A stretch of DNA of 63,378 bases, counting the filler, from Pelomyxa schiedti (Eukaryota > Protista > Evosea): NCBI GenBank assembly GCA_020536535.1. It is 10 parts of 10 records of this genome, joined end to end, with 100 filler letters (N's around TTAATTAATTAA, not from the genome) between each part and the next. Parts side by side here need not be neighbours in the genome. Positions count along the whole stretch, not along the records: positions 27,474 to 34,714 come from JAHLWZ010001366.1; positions 34,815 to 55,894 come from JAHLWZ010000678.1; 8 more parts are not named here. One strand, given 5' to 3'. The stretch's first letter is position 1. Every line of letters starts with the position of its first letter. Positions 31,444-42,513 of the stretch are shown here, piece by piece. Both the position numbers and the translations under genes were made by a program. The notes beneath the pieces were generated by a model. It was not told the origin of the DNA, ran no database searches, and saw nothing but the letters and a program-made list of their open reading frames with translations.

Positions 31444-34400
31444 TTAACTTTGTTCACAGTTTTTTCTGTCGAAAATCCTGAGGAGCTGAGTCATTGTGGG
31501 ACGGGCGTTGGGATCGCGAACCCAGCAATTCACCACGATGGTCATGGCCCAACTGGGTAGTTTGGGTGCCGGTGGTGATTTTGGAAGTTGTGGGAGTATC
31601 TTGCCGAGTGCCAGTTCTCCTGCAACGCGCATGTCGATCATTTGAGCCTGCCCATTGAAAAACCGGAAATATGTGAAATCAAGGTGGCTGAAGGGCGAAT
31701 TTATGGGATCCATCAGCCTGAAAACAGCCATTGCTTTATTTATTTTTGTGTTGGTTAGGGCTGTTGCTGCACAAAAAGGTATTTACCAAAGCTCCAAACA
31801 TCAGCCTTTGTGTCAGACTTTTCATGATTGAAATCTTCGGGCGAATATACTTCCAACAAGGCGCATCTCCGAGTCTGTGCTGCTCCGGAATAAAGAACTT
31901 GAGACAGCCCAAAATCAGCAATCTGGTATCAGCTAGTGAGCAATATCGAACAACAGTAAAAAGTGGAACCTTTGCCCAAGGGCCGGGGCTGGATTCATCC
32001 AAGGAGCAAATAAAAATGTTTCCTGTGAAGCATTACTCTCTATAAAATTAAGGAAGGAATAATAGAACCTGTGTGGAGGTCACCGTGAACAATGGGAGGT
32101 TTCCGGGTGTGCAAAAATTCCAGGCCCTGGGCCACATCTTTCAAGATCTTCTTCCTCATGCTCATTGGAAGGACTTGGTCCAAGAATCGGGTGGTGTTTT
32201 CCCCTTTTTCAAGACACACCAGCACCAAGTCGTTCAAGTTCGGTTTCTCGATTTTAGTGTCTCCAAGAAGTTTTATGACACTCGGTGGAATGATGGGACA
32301 AATAAGCTCCATCACCAAGTACAGGTTCGGGGAAAGACAAGCACCATAGAACTTGACAATATTTGGATGCGCGGAAACTGCGTTCAGAAGTGTTGTCTCA
32401 AAGATGAACGCTGCAATGGCTTGGGGTGTGACCACCTCCTCCAATGGTTGTTTTACAGCCACGGGTTTGCCCTGATATGTTGCCCTCAGCACTTGCCCGA
32501 AACCACCTCTTCCCAATGGTTGCTGGGAGGATATCTCGAGTTCTGCAGGAGCAATCACAGGCAAGTGCTCGAGGAGGATATCTGGTGCAATTTCTGTCAG
32601 CTCCACTTCAACACTTTCTGTCTTGTCAGCTTGGCAGAGAAGATACTTCGTTCCTGATTTTGCCGTTTCAAGGACTGTTTTTTCGGGGAAACATGTTGTG
32701 CTTGGTGGCAGGCACACAACACTATGTACAGGCTGTTGTGTCGGACCAGAACGCAGGAATTGAAGCAAGCAATGAGAGCAAGGAAAAGAGGTATCCAATC
32801 CATTTAATAAATCATTGTAGGAATACTCCATGAATTGCTTGATCAAAGTCATCACGTGGAGTATCAAGCTCTTCCTTTTCCACAGTGGTGTTTCTTCTTT
32901 GGTGGTGATATTCGGTGCTGACCCTTGGGGTGAATTCGCTGGCTCCTCAATTGTGGTTTGCATGCAAATGTTGATTGCATGGTTTTTGTCTTTGTCCGTT
33001 GAATGTTGCATGACCTCGTGTGTCATAAGCAGTTTCTGCTTTATGACGGACGAAGAAGCTGAATCTTGGATACTGAGATTTTCAATGATGAGACCTTCAT
33101 TCCATGCCAACAGAGAGACTGTTTCTGGAATTCCAAGCACCATCACCATCAACCTTGGGAAAAACCCAATTGGTAGAAAGTGGAACCTGAGAACTCTCCC
33201 GCTCATGACAACCTTGGTACCTGTCCCTCCTGCGATCCAAAATGAGGCTGCTTTTGCACTTTCCTCAGAAGAGCAATGCGTGAGGTCTGGAAGAAGGGAG
33301 GGAGCTACTAGGCGCCCGTCAGACATGGTGAACAGGATTTCAAAAGTCTGCAATAGCTCAAGAAGGGTGGCATGCTGTTCGGGGGGAAATTCAGCAAAAA
33401 GCTGAGGGATATTCCTCCGGAGCACAAAACCATTTGTGACCCAGCCGGTTGTTCGTATTCTGACCACTGATGTCATCACCTTGGAGAGGTAAGCTGGTTT
33501 CAGCACAATCAAGTCACAAAGTGCCATCCCAGTTTTCCTCCTCAGGAAAGCTGAGTCTGACTTAGGTGAAGATTGCCCCATCAGAGTGCTGCACACTTTA
33601 TTGTGGTGCCTGAAATGTATGATGCTCCCTGCGTCCAACAGGAAGTCAGAACACATGTCAATTTCTCCTTGATCAATAACTTCGCTCTGACCAACACCCT
33701 TTGACTTCGCAATTGCAACATAGTCACTCCAAATAAGCGTATCGTCTGGCATGGCTGTAAGGTGCTTGTGCAAGTGAACCCAGTTTGATGATACAGTAAT
33801 CTGACGGGTATTTGCGATTTCCTCCAATTTGTCTGAAACTCGCTCCACAGCACCCTTTACACATATTGTTTCTGTTTCATCCCCTTTTTCGATCAGTGCA
33901 ATACCATCTCCAGTGGCCACACTCAATGCAAAAACACCGCAAAACTTACTGGAATAAGCTTGATCTCTCATTATGGCCCGCAAAGTAAGGCAGGCAAGCA
34001 AGGTCCCAGTTTTGTCAAGGTGCGTTCCAACAAGAACAATACGAACCTTCTCTTGCCAGAATGACATATTTATCAGATCCACCCAGTACTTGATTTTTGG
34101 TGGAAGTATCACATAATCACCATTCCAGTCAACAAGTGATAAGTCGAAAAGTAACAAGAACACAGAGTTGCTGCACAAGAAGAACTGATGTGATGGGTAA
34201 AGCACATCTTGACCTCCTGCCCAATTTTGTGTCACTCAATAAATTAAAAAAAAGGGGGAAAATGAGAGGTGGGGCAAACACACCCAAATCCCAGGCAACC
34301 CATGTGTGTTCACTGCGGCTGCTCAACTTGAATGGTGGAGGGATAGAAACTCCATCAGTGGACTTGTTTTTTTTCACACTGGTTGTGTTCCTGTTCTTCC

Positions 34401-34714
34401 TCAGGCACCTCAGCAATGTTGTTTTCCCCACACCACCATCACCCACCAGAAGAAGCTTGTGACTCTTCCACTCAACAGGCTCACCACTGTACACGGCGAC
34501 CGGATTCTTTGTGTCCAGTAGATTATTGCTGAGGAGCTGGGTCATTGTGGGACGGGCACGTGGGTCGCGGACCCAGCAGTTGACCACGATGGTCTTGGCC
34601 CAACTGGGAAGTTCACGTGCCGGCGGCGATTTTGGCAATTGTGGGAGTATCTTGCCGAGCCCCAGATCCCGCGCAATGTCTGTGGGTCTCATGATAGCCT
34701 GCCGGTTGTAAACC
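31444..34714 (-). CDS. Roco protein: kinase (partial) - Roc GTPase - COR - kinase (5' truncated)
   Basis: ORF 34129..34692 runs from a kinase C-lobe (CWVRDPRARPTMTQLL) straight into Roc (KLLLVGDGGVGKTTLL, AWDLG|GQDVLYPSHQFF). COR follows (FLPIGFFPRLMV), then a kinase: GRGGFGQV, VAVK, HGDLHTG|N, IADFG, KADVWSFG, CWVRDPNARPTM. Confidence 0.9.
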
Positions 34715-34814
34715 NNNNNNNNNNNNNNNNNNNNNNNNNNNNNNNNNNNNNNNNNNNNTTAATTAATTAANNNNNNNNNNNNNNNNNNNNNNNNNNNNNN
34801 NNNNNNNNNNNNNN
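34715..34814. other. Artificial contig linker
   Basis: N44-TTAATTAATTAA-N44. Confidence 0.99.
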
Positions 34815-35446
34815 CAACAACAAAACAACTGCAACAGGTGACCATAAAAGAAGAATGGGAGCAAGAGAGAAATTACCATGGAATTCCAACAGAATGGAAA
34901 TGCCTCACAAGCACAGCCCCAGCCCCGAGATATTTTCTCCACTCGTGTGCCTCACCGCAATGCCCACATGTTGGAATGGAGTCCCGGCAAAATTAGGCCG
35001 ATTCCCCATCACACAAGCAATCTGCAATCACGCTACATGACGACCACACAACGATGAGTGCCCACCACCACCAACCAAATCCCCAGTTCTGCCAGCAGCA
35101 GCCTCATCGCCAACCCAAACCCACCGCGAATCTCCCTCCACGCGCAACAGAGTGTGATGTCCAACAACCACAACCAGCCAATGGCGTAATCGCACATGCG
35201 ACCACCGCGAACGATCTCACTACGATGCACGTCACTTGACTGGGGGTGCGTCACAACAGCGACAGCGACAACCGCACCACACTACCCACGTCACTCGTTG
35301 TGCAGATCTCGGCAAATCACATCTAGATCCATTGTTGGAAATATCTATTTATGCTTCGCCGGAGTTGCAAATGTTTCCCCCGTTTTCCCTTTAAAATAAA
35401 AAAAAAAGGCAGCGTAACCACTTAAACATAAATCACAAAAAAAAAA

Positions 35447-36021
35447 ACAACCAAAGTTGCACGTGACAACTATGACTAGAGATCTACCACGAATACTAAA
35501 GCCAAACCAACCTTAACAGCGTGTGTTTGTTCTTCCCTGTTTGCGTTTTTCTTTCCCCCCTATTGCAGTTTTTGTCACGCATACCACACGAAATTTAAGA
35601 CACAATACTCCCACCATAGTTACTGGAATCCACTTGGTGTTAATATGCGTTTTTAAAGGGGGGAAAGCAAAGCCGATTTCCTCTCGTTGGTTTAAGCCAG
35701 TAAATACACCAACGAGAGGAAATCGGCTTGACTTTGACGAGAATTCCAGCAATTTGCAGCAAGGTATCTTGAGTACCTTACAAGAGTTCACTAACCGGAC
35801 CAACAGGGACCGCCACACCCACAGAATTTGCCCTTTCGTGTAAAATGCTTTTCTCCTAAATAAAAAAAATCGCCGCCTCGATGTTGTTTTGCTGTCATTG
35901 GGGGTATGGGGTGTACTCACACGGGCAGTTGCCCCAGCGACCGCCATTACGGTACGCCGTAACCCCTGCGCGCGCATGTGCAGGTGGCCCAACTGCCGCA
36001 CGAGAAACAACCCTGCAATGC
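35447..36021. repeat. Dispersed ~0.6-kb repeat, copy 1
   Basis: Near-identical (with indels) to 55296-55894, same orientation. Confidence 0.9.
35670..35729. repeat. Perfect 22-bp inverted repeat with 16-nt loop inside repeat copy 1
   Basis: aagccgatttcctctcgttggt (35670-35691) pairs with accaacgagaggaaatcggctt (35708-35729). Absent from copy 2. Confidence 0.95.
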
Positions 36022-36135
36022 AGTGGGTGTAGTCAATTCGTTGACCTAGCAGTTACGCGCAGCCGGGATCGACCAGGCAAGACGACGTCCAGTACGAGGG
36101 CAAGAGCGAGACAATCAGTGGTGACGTGGAAATTC

Positions 36136-36980
36136 ATGCAACTGCAAAATCACGATGAGTTGTGTGGCAGGATGATACTGAGCCCCGCTTTATTTTCATA
36201 CAGATGGCCGCTCAATGCACTGTGCTCTGGGACTCACAGAGCCACTGGCGTTGCCCTCGTTATTGGTACTTTTTTTTTTTTTTTGAGCTTTTTGTCTTCC
36301 CTATATATATATGTTGCATCCCTGGTTTGTGCGTAAGTTGGTTTTGTTGTATCTGTGATTAACTCGCTAATCCTGGTTACAATGACCAAATAGGTTTTGG
36401 TGGCATTATGTTAGGCGGACTTTCTTCACATTTTCATCCTGCCATGAGACAATATTTAAAAAGGTATGGCTACGTAATCCGATGGTGCGTGGGTTTTCCG
36501 ATGTTATATCATATGCTTGCCGGCCTGCGCCACCTGGTGTGTTTCCCTACACCACCCTACTGGAAAGTATCTAAATAACAAGTGAAACAACCCGGCACAC
36601 ACCATGCACTCTCACTATCAATTCGCGGACGCGCAGTGCTTCGTTCACTTGAAACCGCATGGGACTATGGCCTTTTTGGGTTTGACATGAATCACTGCCG
36701 CCAATTCCCTCACTCGCACCAATCGCCCAACAACCCAAGTGCGCCGCTTCGTACCAGTTGCTGTCCAAGTGCTTTCCCCGCTAGACTTCCGCTAAAGGGC
36801 AAAAAACAAGAAGAAACAAAAAAAACCTCTGATTTTTCTCTCTCACTGTTAAGGTCTTTACCTGTGTAGTTTGGGAATGCAATTGATTTGAGGGCACTTG
36901 ACGGAATTTGACTAGTCAAGTCTCATGCTTCGTTCGATTTTTTTGTTTGTGCTTTGGAAACACTACATGGTATTTTGAAT
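36136..36980 (+). CDS. SDHC: Succinate dehydrogenase cytochrome b subunit (both ends approximate)
   Basis: LSPALFSYRWPLNALCSGTHRATGVAL and VGFPMLYHMLAGLRHL|WDYG match the SdhC LSPH...HRxTG and heme-ligand HxxxGxRHLxWD motifs. Confidence 0.85.
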
Positions 36981-38719
36981 TGCCTTGCCTATTGAGTGGA
37001 TGGTGCCAGTTTGTGCGGCTGTGTGCCGGGTCCAAGCAAGTTCCAGAATTGTAATCAGGGTTGAGGGGTAGTCATAGTTGGCAGTGGCTGCCGCAAGAGC
37101 AAAAGCGCCAGTTGGGTGAATGCACGGGTTGGGGTTAACCTTCAAGTCACAATGTCAGGAGGTACTTATTATATGATGGAGGGTAAGTAATGCAGACAAC
37201 CTCTGGAGGGGGAAATGAGATTGAGTAGAACAATTGACGTGGGAAGGCTCACCTAGAACATAGGCAGTGCCATCTTTGAATCTCACATCCACTCGGGCTA
37301 AGAACTGAATGACTACATTATTTGGAAGTGTGAAGTACACAAACCAAAGTCACGCATTCCCACTGCCTTGAATGCACCTACAGCGGCATCTGCAACCAGC
37401 TTAGCGGTGGGCTCATCTAAGATTGCCGGGCAGCTCAAGTCAAATTCTTTGAAAAACGGAGAACTTTCATCCCACTGAAGGACGTAGTAGTCAACGAAAA
37501 AGATACAGCAACGAAACTCACCTTGGTCTCAAAATCGTATATTCTCATGTAAGGGTCGTCTATGAGACCAAACAAATACTCAACAAGAGGCAAAGCCACA
37601 GCTCCTTCAGTGACTCCGTCTCCAGCTTCCCAAACAGAAACTGTGAACTCCCTTCCATCAATAAACTGCTCCACAAGTGATGGCGTTTTGTAGACATCTT
37701 GCATGAATAATACACGGTCACGCAACTGCTGCTCTGTTTTTACGATACTGGCATGCTTGCTTATCCCAATGGATGCATCTTCTGCCAGTGGCTTGACGAT
37801 AAGGGGGGGACTTTCAGGGGGAAGAGGGAGTGAGATAGGGTCTGTGTGGGAGTAAAAAGTCTGCCCCAATGGTGTGGAGAGGTGATTTTCAAGGAATTTT
37901 TCTTTAGCAAGCCCCTTGTTGACAGCTATCTGCAAGGCTTGTTATATTTAATACACAACATGCCTCTGACCTTTAGTGCGGTTGAATTTGGACCTGTATA
38001 AGCAAATCCCATTTTATCAAAGGCATCAGTTGCGTCAGGATGTTTAGAAGAAAGCCCATCTACAGACTCTACAAGATTCAATATTACTGTATGATGGCGA
38101 TCCACTTCACCAAGCGCCTTCTCAATATCTGAGACCGATCTGACTCCAATTGCCCACACGCGCACATCAGTAGAAGGCAAATCCATTTGGCATGGGTCAT
38201 CTGGAAATGGAGAAGAGTAAGTATCTGTTTCATTTCAAGGCGGAATTCCAATGACCACATTCAAGTCAAACGCAGTCATGAGCTGAGCCACGTTTGTAAA
38301 AGAAGAGCATTCGAATACTTACCGCTATTGCAGTCACCGCCAAGAGGGTGAGGGTTGTGCCTCAAGAAGGCAGCCAGGAGGCCCGCTTTGGCCTCGGGAG
38401 TGCTCAACGTGTCCACTATCAGAAGTGACGTGTCCCTCGCCTCATCGTCACTGCTGAAGTTCTCCTCCTCTCCTGCGCATCCAAAATTAACGCGTTCGAA
38501 ACACCTCCAACGGGGGGCCGCTATTTCGCGAATGCCGCGGCGGGCGACAAAGAACGGCGTAGTGGGGCCAACAAACCTGCGGATATGTAGTCCTCCCTCA
38601 AAACCACGTTGTACATTACGATTACGTTGAACAACAACACCCCCGCCGTAACACCGACGCCCAGCCCCATCGTCGCTCCCCCCGCTTTGTTTTCTTCTAA
38701 TTCCCCTTTTTCGGGTCAA
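36963..38719 (-). CDS. D-Ala-D-Ala-ligase-like ATP-grasp protein, bacterial type, with introns (5' end uncertain)
   Basis: ILNLVES, GFAYTG, NKGLAK, LIVKPLAEDASIGI, LVEQFIDGREFTVSV, ARVDVRF and VL(E)VNPNP occur in the canonical order, separated by GT-AG introns. Confidence 0.85.
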
Positions 38720-38810
38720 GGTTTGGATCTCGTGGCTTCCAATTAGCCGGGGCGCGAACTTAGAATTCTATTGCCGAAGTGGCACTCTAAAAGAGCGCAG
38801 GGAATAGGGG

Positions 38811-41800
38811 TTAATTCCACATCATTTGTTTTTTTGCTGCTCTCTCTTTCCTGTGATGTGACTTGTATAAGTGAGCTGCCTTGCCATGGCTGCCACCACG
38901 TGGGTGTGGGTGTGCTGTTGAATGTGTTGCTGTGCTTGTGGTATGCTGGTGATGTGCTGATGAGGCCGAAGTAGCTGTTGATGCTGAGAAAATCGGTGAG
39001 GGTGATACGGCATTTGATGATGGCTGCTGTGGTGGTGTTGCCTGTGTGAATGTGAGTTGTGAATAGTTAATTGAATCAAAAAGGAGAGAAGGGAGACCCA
39101 CTCGTGTGCTGGGTGCCTCCTCACTTGTACTGGAATCCTCGCTTCCATCACTGTCTTCTGAGGATTCTTCGTCTTCGCTCTTGGTAATTTCCTCCCCACT
39201 ACTTTCACTACTCTCGTCGTTATTCAGGGCTTCCCCATCATTGAACTGATATTTCATAAAGTCGTCCAGAGAGTCATCGTAGTCGTCATTATAGTAAAGT
39301 GCGAGTACTTTCTCCTGAATGGCTGTAAGGTGCAACGAGTAGAGGACAACAAAGAAACCTTCAGTCTAGGAGCCCAAACTTCATCATCTTCAAGGAGGGG
39401 TCTTTTACCTCTGTGAGCCCGGGACCTGCAAGGAATGTTAGGAAATTACTAGTTTACTGATGTACACACGGGGCTGTGGAGCTGGGAAGAGTTCCTTCTA
39501 CTAGGCGGCTAATAACAGTTTCTGGATTGTTGCCATTCTCTGAGAGATACCGCCTCACCAGTTTGATTGTAAGATCTGGGAAAAGATCCCGAATTTGTTT
39601 GATGCCTTCATCAGCTTGTGAAGTCGTGCTGGAAGAAGTAGGTGCAGCTGCTGTTTCAGTTGGAGTTTCAGAAGAACCTGATCTTGTTGCAGTACTATCT
39701 GGAGAAGGGGATTTTGCAGGTGGTACAACCGGAGCAATGGAAGCATAGAACTTGATCATATTATCAACACGGGGTTGGTCCCTAAGACATATTATGCAAA
39801 GACTCAACATGAAATTCATACATTTTGACTTTGCCAGAAATTTCCGGCAACCAACGATGAATTGGAAATATCTCCTGGAAATCTTTGACGAAATCAATCT
39901 CTTTCACAGGTGCTTTCAGCTTAGCAATCATGGAATCGAGAACAGAAGAAAAGTCGTTGGCACTTGACTTGTTTGTTTGGGAAACTGCTTCTAGGGTTCC
40001 AAGGAGGCTGTCTCCAATTTGAAGGAGGTCAGATTCTTTACAGAAATCGCAGTAGGTACTGAAGTGCCCTGATGCATTATAAGAACAAGGACGTTTGCCT
40101 ACTTCCCAAGGTATACCTCGATATTGTCCACTGAGGTTTTCAACATAAAAATGTTGAAACACAACTAATGCCACACTTAAGAGACAGCGATAAAGATTGG
40201 GCATGGCCGAGTCGAGCACAAATTGCAGTTCGTTACCAACTGCTCCAGGCATCTCTTCTGCATTGATAGCAGCAGCACAGTGGAGAAGATTCGTGTGCAT
40301 ATAGCACCGTGCAATAGCTTGGAATGCTGCATGTTTCTATTTCATAATCTATTAGAACTCATTAAGGAATATGATTTTGGCTCACAATGTCCCTGATAAT
40401 TCTTTATTACTTTATGTACATTTGTATTTATGTGTGTTTATTGTCATTGAAAACCACCTGAAATATGTGACTTGCATGAGGGTAGACACGAAGAAATGAT
40501 GCCAATGTTGCTGCAGTGTCCAACAAATACAGCGCCATATCGGGGGAATCCTCTGGTAATTTAGGAAGAGGATGCTGCTCTAACTTTGTTACTATCATAC
40601 AACTACTCGCGTGTCAGTTTGTACCTATGACTTGGAATACTTTCAAAATTGTTGGAACCATCTCATCAAGACTTTGGTAGAGTGCTGGAACAAGTGTGAA
40701 GAGTGTTCTTACGAGTGTTTCTAGTGTTTTTCCACCACGGGCCGCATAAATAGCACACAGATCCAAAATCTGTTAGAGTAAGCTTTAGAGGCTTCACGGA
40801 TTTTCACCTTTGGAATGTCCCAGAGATGATGTTGCAGAACTAACTGAGCATAATACTCCCTATACATACCAAACTTAAATAAAATAAAAGATTTGTTCTA
40901 TATTTACAAATATATAATAGATACAGGAAGGTAGTAGGGCATACTTGCCCATGAAATTAGTTGGTGACTCTTTATTTGTTCCAAGCCGAAGGAGTACACG
41001 AAACATCAAGGACAAAATCTCCCTGTTGATTGTGGTATTCAATTTGGTCTCACGGGCGGTATGTGAGTCCCAGGGTCGTCTGAAGTGCTGTTTGGTGCAT
41101 GGTTTCGGAAAAGAGGCTTGTTAATTAAGACTAACCCTCAGGAAGGAATCAATAAATGCCACCAACGAGTCGTCATAAACAACTGTGGACCAAAATTGTT
41201 TGTATGACATATGCAATAAACCTGAAGCATCAATCATGACGTGCTGAAGAGTCTCGTTGGCAGATTCCTGTGAGGTACCGGTACTAAGAGGCACAAGGGC
41301 AGAGTCTTCAAAGAGATAGGGCAAGAAGCCACCATCTGAGTAAATCCAGTTATTACAGGGAAGAAGCCAGCATGTTGATACTTGATCGATCCACCCATTT
41401 TTTGTGAACATCAGGAACGCGGTCAAGTTCTCCCAAAGAGTTTGCTACAAGAGTGAAAGACTGCTCCAACGGAAGAGGGGAGGTTTTTTTTTCGCGTTCA
41501 TGCAGTTTTATCTTTTCTTCCAATTCGATTTCATGTTGCTATGTTTGGTGGGGTTAAAGGCATCGTAATTGGTCCCCCCTTTGCTATTATTTGCAAAATA
41601 AAGCTAGTAAAGTAAATGTGACAACCATTCATTCATCACACAACAGAACGCAAACGCAAACGCACCTCCTTCAACGCGGCCTGTCGTTCTGCGATTTGTT
41701 TTCCTGTCTTCGTGGGAGTAGCTTCCTGCGAAACGGCAGGCTGGGCAGCAGTCTTCGCGGTTTTCACTGTCGCGTTACTGCTGGGCGTCGGCTGCGTAGT

Positions 41801-41986
41801 AGATGCCGCAGTTGCTCCACTCGCTGGTTTTGTGGCTGACGAAGGAGTGGGTGTTGTTGCGGCCGCCTTTTGTGTTGGTGTCGCGGCAGTTCCGGCGTTG
41901 GTGTTGTGTTTGGCCTTGTTGTGTGGTTTGCTTGGTTTGTTGGGTTTGTTGGTGTTGGACTTGTCCTTGTCCTTCGTCTTGCCCAT
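38811..41986 (-). CDS. ASCC2: Activating signal cointegrator complex subunit 2 (CUE-domain protein)
   Basis: LLHMSYKQFWSTVVYDDSLVAFIDSFLR, CUE domain IKQIRDLFPDL...NPETVISRLVEGTLP, YYNDDYDDSLD and a C-terminal HHRKERAAKK. Confidence 0.85.
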
Positions 41987-42513
41987 TCCCTGTTTCTAAA
42001 GACCAATAACAATTGAAATGAAAAATGCGAAATTGAATCGCGTATCCGTCTCTGATAGGGGTTTCTGCCTCGGAATCCCTCTGTCCGACTTACTGGTGCT
42101 GATCGTTCGAACGCCCACCCCACAAGAAGCTTGGAGCTCAAAACGGGTGTTCTCAAGAGCCTGGGTGCTGACGGCAGCATTCACAGGAACCCAAGAAAAA
42201 AAAGAACTTAGTATCTGGGTGGCAGCGAAACCTGTTGATCAGGGGAAAGATCAAGCAAGTATAGCGCCACTCACAGCTCTCATCCCTTAGGGGGAAGTAG
42301 TTGTAACGCCACGTGAAGCAGAACAACGCCGTAATAGGGAGTTCGAAAATGAAAGGCCCTAGCACTTGTTCTCACTTGCCGGGCGAGATCCGTATTCTTC
42401 ATTGTGGGAAACCCAACGTTCGCCTAAATCTACTAAACGTACGAACTCGTTTCCTCTCCGGTGGCCGACTCACCAAAGGAAAACAGGGTTTCCCCTGACG
42501 AGACCAAGAGTAG

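Noticed and set aside
32023-32068. TTCCTTAAT (U12 branch-like) in a Roco intron
   Set aside because: The donor is GTTCTATT, not RTATCCTT, so this is most likely a chance match in a pyrimidine tract.
32073-33405. Plus-strand ORFs of 129-194 aa
   Set aside because: Antisense to the long Roco exon.
34815-35440. Possible further family N-terminus or gene fragment
   Set aside because: Only a vague resemblance (SFAVVACAIT..GCG) with stops; not supportable.
42180-42290. U11 snRNA-like words (AAGGG...GTGAGTGGC) on the minus strand and U2-like AAGATCAAG on the plus strand
   Set aside because: Short matches only, with no canonical Sm site or branch-pairing sequence. GTGAGT is equally explained as a splice donor. 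An Infernal search would be needed.
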